A stretch of DNA of 64,000 bases. Origin: Phoronis australis (taxonomy: Eukaryota; Animalia; Phoronida). Where the stretch lies: positions 34,203 to 98,202 of the forward strand of contig NMRA01000069.1 of the NCBI GenBank assembly GCA_002633005.1. The letters are read 5' to 3'. Both the position numbers and the translations under genes were made by a program. Shown in pieces: positions 54,316 to 64,000 of the stretch. The notes under the pieces are model-generated. The model was not told the DNA's origin. It was given only the letters and a program-made list of their open reading frames with translations, and did no database searches. Numbering within the stretch: the stretch's first letter is position 1; each line of letters begins with the position of its first letter.

Positions 54316-55149
54316 TTAATAGATATGTACTCTACAAAGGCTCAGCTTTCATATGCAGTATGTTACTTTTTTAGTGTTTTTGCGCGGTAAAAGAAATAAC
54401 GATCGAATAAAGGGAATTTCCACACAGCTTGACTCAGGTGGGTTGAATAAGTAACAAAAATAGCTAATTTGCTAATACGTTTCAACTATGAATTTTACAT
54501 TTTCATGTAGACAGAAGTTGTGTTTATTCAGTATGTCCTTCTTAGTTTCTGAAGATTTGTCGTTGTTGCACAGTGATGCAACAAAAATGCTAAAATTTGA
54601 TGGTTTCCGAAGCCTTAAACTGGCCAAAATTTCGAGGGGCAGTTTTCTGTGAAGAAGTTAGATATTTTAAATAAAATTATTTTAGTTGTTGACCATTCCA
54701 CCTAAGAGTAAAACTAAGCTATATTTCAAAAAAAAATCCGTGACATGTCATGCTCCCACATCTGACTGACTTTCTCATGCAGTGACTCTTAAAAGTGTAT
54801 TTTGTGAATATTGACGACGCCTTGGTTCAGTTGGTTGTGGCTCATAAATGTCGACAGCATTTTACGTGCAAATGGGTGGAGTTCATACGGTCTCAAAGCC
54901 GACAAAAGTTCCCTAAGTGGGAAATCAAATTTACTGTCTGATTCTTCAAGTACTTGAGTGTGATGCCTGTAACCACTCTCCTCTCCGTGTGCATTATTAT
55001 TGTCCAGTTCTCGCTCAAAATCGTCCTGGTCTTCTGATCTGCTGTGTTCAGACATTGCAATTGATTATCAAGTGACCAAACGTCTTCCACCCATTACACC
55101 AATTGGCGGGAAACTTGGAAATAACTACAGTACAGCCACTGAATTATTA

Positions 55150-56481
55150 AACTCTCTCCGGTGTCTCACCGGTCTAGCCACCCGTGACCGTAACCGGAGA
55201 CAGACCGGAGAGTGAGACGTGAATCAACCGTGACAGCTGGCGTGAGCCTAACCCGGAGCTTAACGTGAGTTAGGCGTGAACGAAGTGCGAGCCAGCCGTA
55301 AGCCAGGCGTGAGTTTACCTGCATCGTAGATGAAAAGGTGATTTATTAAAATTTTATCGGAAACTAGCAGTGATGTGTGTGTTCTCATAGACTTTTGCTC
55401 ATGTGAGGTTTATTTTTTTGAAATCGTCACGTTCAGCAAAAGACCAAAATTTCCTTCTCAAATCTTAAGTCACTTCAGGAAACAGACCTGTGGACTCTAC
55501 TTTTCACTTATATATAATTATTTGGTTTTATATAAACTAATAAAGAATCTTAACACGCGTGTACATGGCGGAAATATTCGTATGCCTTCACGTTATGAAG
55601 GAGCATAGCATGTCAATTCTCAGCACATTGATCCCAAGTTCCGGCTTCATGCGGAGAAAACTGATCGTGCCCATGCATTTGACCAGTCAAACAGATCACT
55701 GCTATTATTATTTTAGTGAAGAAGTACCCCGGGGATACTGTGAACTCAGTCGAAACGCATGTACTACGGGGAGGGGGTTACAAATAATTAAACTGCACTA
55801 CGGATTGAGGACTTTTTAGTCGAAACATTTGCTTGCAGTAAGGGATGTGTATGTCAGAATGGCGGCCTATTGAAATTTTGTGTACTCCAGTGCGGTGCAA
55901 AAATTTACGGAGTGACACAATACTTCACAAGATGCATAGGCTATTTTTAGGGCAAATTAACTATATCTACATGTGACAAGTTTCAAGGAGTCCACAGTCA
56001 TGTAAAGACGACTCTGGACACAGGGTCGCGTATATTCGTATTTACTAACCGTGGTTACTGTACATGTATGTCGTTGATGGGACTGGCTCTTAAGTCGTAA
56101 ATAGAAAAGGTACATGTAACCGTAACACAAGATGAGCTGAAGGAAGACATTTGTATGAACAACATGTGGAATTACAAAGTTAGTCGGAACCCAAGTGTGA
56201 TAGATGACTGCTTGCAAAGATACTCTATAATATACTATAATGTCTTTGCAACTTGTCCGAAACGACAGGCAATCAAGATGTTACATGTATTTTTATTGAT
56301 TAGCCCGGTGCCCTACCATGGTTACCACAGGTACCGAAAGCGTGAAGAAAGCCTGAGGAAAGCGTGAACTAAACCGCAGGTAAGCGTCAGGACTACCCGG
56401 AGAGCAGGCGTGAGGCGACCGTGACTGATTTCTGTCACGCCTGCGTTCCGGTTGCGCTCCGGTCTGGCTAGGCGTGAGAAT
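55150..56481. mobile_element. Unclassified non-autonomous element with CGTGA/CCGGA-rich, imperfectly inverted ends
   Basis: 55150-55320 and 56290-56481 carry related short repeats and partly inverted termini (TCTCAC..CTAGCCA / TGGCTAGGCGTGAGA). Confidence 0.45.
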
Positions 56482-56529
56482 ACTTTTATTTTATCTTGTT
56501 TTATTTATCTTGGAATAATATTTTTTCAG

Positions 56530-56792
56530 TATCTATGGAAGATGCTTGACGATGCAATGATCTCTCTTTACTCGATAAGTTCAAGAAATCCTCCATTGTT
56601 TACGGGCTTCCATGCATCGCTAGAAGTGGAGTGGAAACCGTAGACGAGATTGAGAAATGAATCAAAGATGTTCTATGTCATATTACTAGAGAAAGGCTTG
56701 TGATAGCACCCGATTGCGCCTTAAGATTTCTTCCTGAAGACATCCTTCTCAGTAAATTGAAAAACATGGTTGAAGCCGCAAAGAAATGTTGA
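56530..56792 (+). pseudogene. Second copy of the MetE-like terminal exon (pseudogene)
   Basis: tttcag| SMEDA*RCNDLSLLDKFKKSSIVYGLPCIARSGVETVDEIEK*IKDVLCHITRERLVIAPDCALRFLPEDILLSKLKNMVEAAKKC*. One frame with two premature TGA (56547, 56658); upstream exons are absent. Confidence 0.8.
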
Positions 56793-58910
56793 ACACGTGT
56801 TAATCCCGATGTAACAAATACTGCCAGTTTCCATGTGATTATGAACTACTGGTAAGCACTGTATCACTGGCAATTTCCGCTTTTCGTTGCATTGATATTA
56901 CCCATTTGCAGTATGCGGCAAACCACGTGACTTTGGGTCAGTAGGCGTGCAATGCAGGGCTCTTTGTACAACTGGTGATGTTGCATACCACATATCACCA
57001 TGTGTAGGTCTTGCTGTGCATGCATTCATTGACCTCGACGTATTATCGTGCCCATGCGAATCACTTGTGCACTAGTTCTCCACTTGATTTGGCAGCGCAT
57101 TTTAATTATAACTCAAATTACAAAGACAGATTTAGGGGCTCACCCCAACCTCCACCCCATATAGAGAAGGGTAAGAAAACAGCCGAGTGTTTGTGTACCC
57201 TCTCGCTTACGACATACTAGATGTGCATGGAGTTCTGTCAGCAGGTTATGACGTTCTTTGAGACTCAGTTGAATGACAGGTTTAACAGTCCAGTTCAGTT
57301 ACTTCGTGGTGCAAAATTGCCGGTTTGAACATTTCAATGTGCGTAGAGAATGAGCAAAACTAGTACAGTACAATATGAGCTGAACCAGAGCTGAATTTTG
57401 AATAATGTTAGGAGAGAAATTGAAGAAATTGTTGATTGATTTAAACCGTTTGATTAACACTCCCGACAAAAGTATGAACAGTAACATTTTATTTGAGCCC
57501 CTATCATTCTCATTGTAGTGCACTCACACGAACAATAGATGTCTCTCATGTTTGCGTTTTTGTTGTTGGCACGCGTATAACAATAATACTGTAACAGTGG
57601 TTCATAAAACTTTATTTGTTATATGTGCACGTGATACGCATACGTTTACGATAGGTTATACGTTTACGATGCGTTATAAGGTTAGAAACTGAAACAATTA
57701 ATAAAGATAATACAATCTATGACACAAATTGAAATACCAAATACATCCTACTGAAAATACAAGAATAATATTATATTCAACTCACAATTAGACAAACACT
57801 ACTTAGCGGAAACATGTAGCTAAGGAACGATTGCTATGAATTAAGCACATTTGCTGCCTCATTTCCATGCCACTGCTGTTTAACGTTATTCGTTGTTGTC
57901 TTCGATTCTTCGTCAGAGTTTTTAGATTGCATCACTCTTTTCGTCCTACCAATGACAACAAAGTATTACTGCAGTGCTTTGGGTTGCAACTGCCACGTGA
58001 GAAAATTTGATAAACCGGACAAATACTCGTGGATGGCGTGATCTAAAATTCTTCGTTTTCCCAACATCAATGAGAGACACGAAAATGTCAACGGATTTAA
58101 ATTTATAAAATGTGATCTAAAAATCAACTACATGTACACTACTATTGTGTACACATCGCTTCAAGACCTCAAAATATTACAAATGTAAACTGACGAAAGT
58201 CGGAATTCGGTCCAGCAAAACCAAGCAGAGCCGGTCCATGACGCATGCGAAGATGGTATGTGGCGTTCTCTGATGGTATTCCTTTGCCTTACAATAAGTA
58301 CACACCGAGCTTGGGCGGGATATTGACAGTCACTGAGCAAATGGTATATTCTCGATTTTCCGTTCAGATGATTATCTGCCTGGGCGAGGCGGGTAATTCT
58401 GCGAACATTTGTTTGCCTTGGTTGTTATTGGCTATACCGTGTGGCGTACCAGAGTCAATAGCTCAGGAGGAATGTCGCGGCGACGCTTTTGATTGGGGAC
58501 AAGTTATATATGAGTGTAGTAGATGGTTGGCAGTTATGGTTGAGGATTAAAATAAAACCTTTTCGTGGTCGAAAACTACGCATAGATAACGGCGTTTAGG
58601 CCGTATCTGTGTCTTGGGTATAGAGTTTCTCCTAGGTCTAATCCTGCGTGCATGTGCATTTGTTAGTTGCACTTTTTGCCGTGTGTGGACATCTCTGGAC
58701 ATTGTCGTCTAGCTGTTAACCAGAGGGCCTCGCCCAGATTTTTTGTTTAATGTAAAATGTCTAAATCTGCTGGAATTTGAAATCAACCACTCAGCATTAC
58801 CTGGCTGTATCTGTGAGTCTTGAAATTTACCAATGCTAAAGTATTCACGTACAGATAATTGGATATTTGGATTGAGCTAACAAGATACAACGATGACATA
58901 TTCGGGCGTT

Positions 58911-58972
58911 TCAGTTATGCTTAGTCTTAACAAAGATGGCCATCACATCAGCTGTGCCCAACTCTGGTCCAT
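58911..58972 (-). CDS. Paralog C exon 5 (terminal coding exon)
   Basis: tttttag|AT GGA CCA GAG TTG...CAT AAC TGA; (D)GPELGTADVMAIFVKTKHN*, 62 nt as in gene B. Confidence 0.8.
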
Positions 58973-61588
58973 CTAAAAAACAAAAAGGGACATCCATTAT
59001 AAAGGACAGCGGAAACGAATCACTAATAGTGTAATTTGCATTTTATACGAATTTTATTTTAAAAATAGTGCGTACTGTTATTCGGTTAATTCCTATTCAG
59101 CTCATATTTACATTCAGCACTATTCTAATCGGAAAATGCCATAGTCCCGAAACGCCCAACAAGAGAGATAAGTCTCTTGTTGAAACGAAAATGGCTATTA
59201 GGGGTGCTGAAGAGGCCAAATCCGCTTGAAAATGTACTGGTGCGGACGGATTGCTACTTCATGCCATTCGGTTCAAAAGATACCATCGAAAACACTTTCC
59301 TCCACAGAAGTAGTGAAATAGACCCTTGTCGTGATCTACGTGGCCACAGTGTTGCAGCGACGATTCCCGAATCTGCCCGAAAAGCAACTAGTGCCGCCGT
59401 ATTGTTGTCACATACCCACGTGTTAAGTTCGTGCTTCAGCTGTTCACGCATCATCCGGAAAATGTTTTACAAAATACTGACGAGCCAAAGCCCCCTCCCC
59501 CCCACATGGCCTCGGTTGCGCAGAGACATCAAGTGACGTCTACCGGTCTGGTGATGCCCTAAGCTCAGGTGCCAAATCTCATCAAAATACAATTAGGATT
59601 TTTGTGGTAGCGAGCAGACGGCAACTGGACAAACGGGCAAAATGGACATAAAGGGGTGCTGTAATAGTCAACGGACTCATCCCAACGCGCTGCTGTCACG
59701 TTTCTCAGTGCCAGGTTTCTTCTAATTGGAATATGTAATGTCGTTGTTCACATATTCGGAATCGCTCTTTATCGTAAGGCAACAGAGAATGTCCATATCG
59801 AGACCAAAATGGTCTCTGAGGGATGTTGCAGCGGTCTAATCTGCCAATAAAACGATTGGTACCGAAGTGTTGTCGTGTACAGTGTACATTTTCGGTGAAA
59901 TCTAAAAAATGGACTCTCTAGACATTACCCGGAAACCCTGTTCCTCCAGATAATACAGCCATTGTCGAGACCCCAACGGCCTTCAGATGTAGCTGGTTGT
60001 CGAATCCGTCTGAAAACAGATTGGTGCCACCGCATACTCTTCGCATACCTCCGTGTCGCACGGGCGGCGTGGCAATGAAAAAAGTGGGGCTATAGCCCCC
60101 AGCCCCCTATGGTGCGCCGTCCATGTGTCAAGTTTCATTGACATTCCTCTATCGCTTCTGGCATGTCTAGTTCTATTGATATCATTCGAAAAGCTTATTT
60201 TTCCAAAAACCCTGAAAAGCTCCACTTCTGCGGCCCATGAGGGGAGACAGATTGAAAAGTTTGTTGGCACGAAAACGCCCTATTCCTCCAAAAATAATCA
60301 TGTCTACTTCTTTCGACTTGTTTTGATACACCAACTCGTATGATTAGGCACGGCAATAGGACGGCGAGCAATGATACGTCGTAAAATGTAACAATTTCTT
60401 ACAAAGTAACAGTTGCTACATTTTACACAATTGTTACATTTTACACACTTGTTATATTTAACGTTGCTGGGCCTCTCCTAAGATGTAACAAGTTGTTATA
60501 ATTTATGTCCAATGCGAAAAAATTGTACCATAGTTACATTTTACGAAAGCGACGTCATAGTTCACGGTATTTGTCACAAGGAGGAAAACGGTCATTGCCT
60601 TCTTTCTCCAATTCTTTGAACGAAATTCTATCAAATGTGCCAGCTCGAGTTTATAGATGTGTCCCTATGTGCTTTTCATTGTTTTTTGAACATGAGCAGT
60701 TTCTTGGTATTCTTAGAATGTACTTGCACTGTTTCAACTCCAGACAAAAGAGTTTCCAGGATCAGGTAACATTTTTATTGTTAAGGTGTTCTTCATTCGG
60801 AAGCCAGTTTGCAAGAAAAAATCAACCGTTTTAGTCCACGGCATGGTGGTGGAAGACGCACAATGACAGAATTTTCCAGTGCAACAGTTAGACATCGCCT
60901 TTGAGAAGAGCAAACCGATAGTTTAAAAAAGTGGCGGCATACTAACGTGTTTTAAACAGGTTAAAAGCTGCAAAAATATCATTATTGGTATCAAGTCAAA
61001 CCTGTCTGAAATAGTGGTGGTAACATGAGATCAAATCGTGACGCGTATACCTAAAAATGGGAGGCCTAGCTGACAACATAGACAATATTTTGGTATTCTG
61101 AAAGGGCTTGATCATTTTGCTCAAATCGGGTATTGGTCCATAGTTTAAAGTGGCAATAGTCCAAAAAGCTGTCTGTCGGCGTTTCGGACTACACAATCAT
61201 GCACTTTTTGTTTCTATTATTTTTAAAAGAAAATATTGAATAAAATTGTTATTTAGACATTGTTCGGTGGTTCGAAGCACAATCATATAAATAATGACCA
61301 AGACTGGACATTTTGCTAATATCCGACGTGAAAGCAACGTGTCTAATTAGGCGCCATATTTTGTGTTGCAGCACGCTGTGAACAACACGCGTGGTTGTAG
61401 GTAGATAAGTGAATTTGATACCTCGCATACAAAGCGGATATTAAGCATCGCTGACTTCGACGTTGACCGTTTTTGTGCCATACAATCCACTTTCAATGAA
61501 ACCTAGTTGAAATCACCAAGTTTAATCACTATGTTTTTCTAAGACTATTGGTGTCCGTTCCACATATATGTATTTCCGTCAGCGGTTA

Positions 61589-63027
61589 TTTCAATGACCC
61601 GATTATCATAGCCGACTAGTCGCTAGTTCTCGAAAAAGGTCTGCCTCCAGAGTGCAACGTAACTCAAATTTTCAACTTACACATCATCGCCGAACGAGCA
61701 GAATTTTTAGAAGAAGAATATTTTCAACAAAAGACAAACATGATCACGTATAGATGTAAGTGGCAAGTTAAAGATTGTGGTATGAATTCACTTCTTCGTG
61801 GCAAACTAGAGAAGAATATGCATATAGTTATACCTTTACAAACAATACCGTGCTTGCTTATAGTTGAGAAATAATATTAATTTTAGAAGTTGGGGCACAT
61901 TTAAACAAGATTTTTAAGTCTCATTGTACTCGTTTCCAAAAATAGGCCCACTCTGCATCCACAGCTGTCAAGACGTGTCTCACTATATTGTTAAAATTGA
62001 ACATTGAATCCCCTTTAAAATCCTTTGAAACTGCAATGGCAGTCTACTAGGGGAAGCCCGGTGAAAATATTGAATCGTAAACTAGATGATTCTAAAACCT
62101 TTGAGCACCATGATGTATTAGCACTGTGCTTAACATGTATTGTGCATAATGCACTGTGTCCTCGTTACATAATTCAAAAATAATTGTAATGATAACGATA
62201 ACGAAAACGAGTAAAAGTAGTGATAGTGGTAAAAGTAGTAAATTTAGTAATGGCAATAGTAGTAATAGTATGTAGTAATAATAAAAATGATAATGGTTAA
62301 TAGGATGTTGCCTCTTAGAATTTTAATGCTTGGACTGCCTTTTGATCGGTTGTCTTTTAGTCACAAAATTTCACATTAGAACGCTACGCAATACCACTCG
62401 AAGACAAGAGGATTCATNTTTCAATGACCCGATTATCATAGCCGACTAGTCGCTAGTTCTCGAAAAAGGTCTGCCTCCAGAGTGCAACGTAACTCAAATT
62501 TTCAACTTACACATCATCGCCGAACGAGCAGAATTTTTAGAAGAAGAATATTTTCAACAAAAGACAAACATGATCACGTATAGATGTAAGTGGCAAGTTA
62601 AAGATTGTGGTATGAATTCACTTCTTCGTGGCAAACTAGAGAAGAATATGCATATAGTTATACCTTTACAAACAATACCGTGCTTGCTTATAGTTGAGAA
62701 ATAATATTAATTTTAGAAGTTGGGGCACATTTAAACAAGATTTTTAAGTCTCATTGTACTCGTTTCCAAAAATAGGCCTACTCTGCATCCACAGCTGTCA
62801 AGACGTGTCTCACTATATTGTTAAAATTGAACATTGAATCCCCTTTAAAATCCTTTGAAACTGCAATGGCAGTCTACTAGGGGAAGCCCGATGAAAATAT
62901 TGAATCGTAAACTAGATGATTCTAAAACCTTTGAGCACCATGATGTACATGTATTAGCACTGTGCTTAACATGTAAATTTCACATTAGAACCCGACGCAA
63001 TACCACTCAAAGACAATGGGATTCATG
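61589..63027. repeat. Near-identical duplication across the N at 62418
   Basis: 61589-62417 matches 62419-63027; the second copy lacks a ~230-bp AT-rich segment. Confidence 0.9.
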
Positions 63028-63690
63028 TTTATACTTTCTGTAACTTTCAAACGCATAAGAACTAAAACTCTTACCTACATTGTTTGGAACGCGCTTAGCT
63101 TCATGTTGTGACGAGGCATTCAGATTGTTCTGATTACAGTTAATCCAATAATGCAACTGCCACGCATTTCGAGTAGAGTGCTTCTGCTTGACCAATAGAA
63201 GGTTGTGATTGGTCAGTGATGGCCCATACTCTGACGTCAGTCAAAATACGCGCAAACTGAACAGAAATTTGACGAGTCAAAAAGGTCACTTACCCACCCA
63301 CATTGCACTGACCAATAAGTTTACATGCGCACTCATATTATTTGAAGCAATCATAATCTGCCTGCTCCTTGGCGTGTAGGACAGTTTTGAGTAAGTTTTG
63401 CATGAAATCCGCAGACATGAAGTCGTGAAAATTAAAAACTACTTCGTAAACCAGTAACGTTATATCCTCAACACCGATTGGTTCTTTTCAGAACATCGAC
63501 ACATGTTCAACAACTGTCCAACCGCGTCAATGTCGCGTCAAGATGTTATAACTGACTTGTCACTCGTCAGAAATGACGGCAAGGTGACGCTATATGCGCG
63601 TTTTATATTTAGCTGCTAAAGTGTAACTATAATATAACTCCTTTAGGCAGAGTGATTGCGTTCATGTCTGCTATGTCAATGTGAATTTAC

Positions 63691-63866
63691 CTAAAGCAGA
63701 GTTCCAATTCACCTTTGTTTGAGCCTTATTGTACCAAAGCTGTGGGTAGTTAGAACCTCTGTTCTCCCAAGTACAAATGCCTTTACCGTCAAGTACTACG
63801 ACCCATCCTGCGTCTGTGTTACAGTGTCCGTACGCCACAGTGATGAGAAATCGGCGACGGGAAGTA
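63691..63866 (-). CDS. Paralog C exon 4 (gene continues beyond the right edge of the window)
   Basis: Same length (176 nt), splice sites and phases as B exon 4; open frame TSRRRFLITVAYGHCNTDAGWVVVLDGKGICTWENRGSNYPQLWYNKAQTKVNWNSAL. Confidence 0.8.
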
Positions 63867-64000
63867 CTTTAACAGAAAGCATAGGCGTTGATTGTATTAT
63901 TTCGTGACTGGAGTCAAAAAATTATAAATTAACGAAAAAAATGCCACCGGCAAACCGAAAACGATAAACACCAAGTAAAGCACACTAAAAAAAGTTGAGA

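Larger units (their letters stand above)
47107..54788 (+). mobile_element. Sola3-like DNA transposon (7.7 kb, degenerate)
   Basis: TTAA|GAGTCACTGCATGAGAA...TTCTCATGCAGTGACTC|TTAA with an imperfect TIR of roughly 130 bp. GAG..CTC termini plus TTAA TSD are characteristic of Sola3. Decayed coding fragments at ~48080-48600 (SIPGLRQLNDFSFE, VAWKAYGIGDG, FLSPKDGCNNTFASRNELKQKVSMGWH). Confidence 0.65.

Noticed and set aside
56547-56660. Two in-frame TGA codons in the MetE-like exon as selenocysteine or readthrough
   Set aside because: The paralog has TGG (Trp) and CGA (Arg) at these positions, not Cys. Single transitions explain the stops, and the upstream exons are missing.

Overview
Repeat-rich, AT-rich animal (invertebrate-like) genomic DNA with spliceosomal introns; nearly all ORFs in the supplied track are spurious or transposon fragments. 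Reading splice sites by hand gives one apparently intact 5-exon minus-strand gene (36380..19402, 296 aa). It encodes a signal peptide, a PAN/apple-like Cys domain and a ~190-aa domain I cannot name. The gene sits in a tandem paralog array: a degenerate copy (exon-3 remnant near 7.2 kb) and a third copy whose last two exons lie at 63.7-63.9 kb and 58.9 kb and which continues past the window edge. Tail-to-tail with the two better-preserved copies are co-duplicated, intron-containing pseudogene fragments of a cobalamin-independent methionine synthase (MetE catalytic-barrel)-like enzyme. The rest is layered transposons: three Kolobok-like THAP elements (TTAA TSD, one with a paralogous empty site), a 7.7-kb Sola3-like element, a Gypsy LTR element, CR1-, RTEX- and L1/Tx1-like LINEs, hAT and Tc1/mariner relics, MITEs, a solo LTR and a possible SINE. 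Two near-identical duplications abutting single-N gaps are probably haplotype/assembly artefacts.
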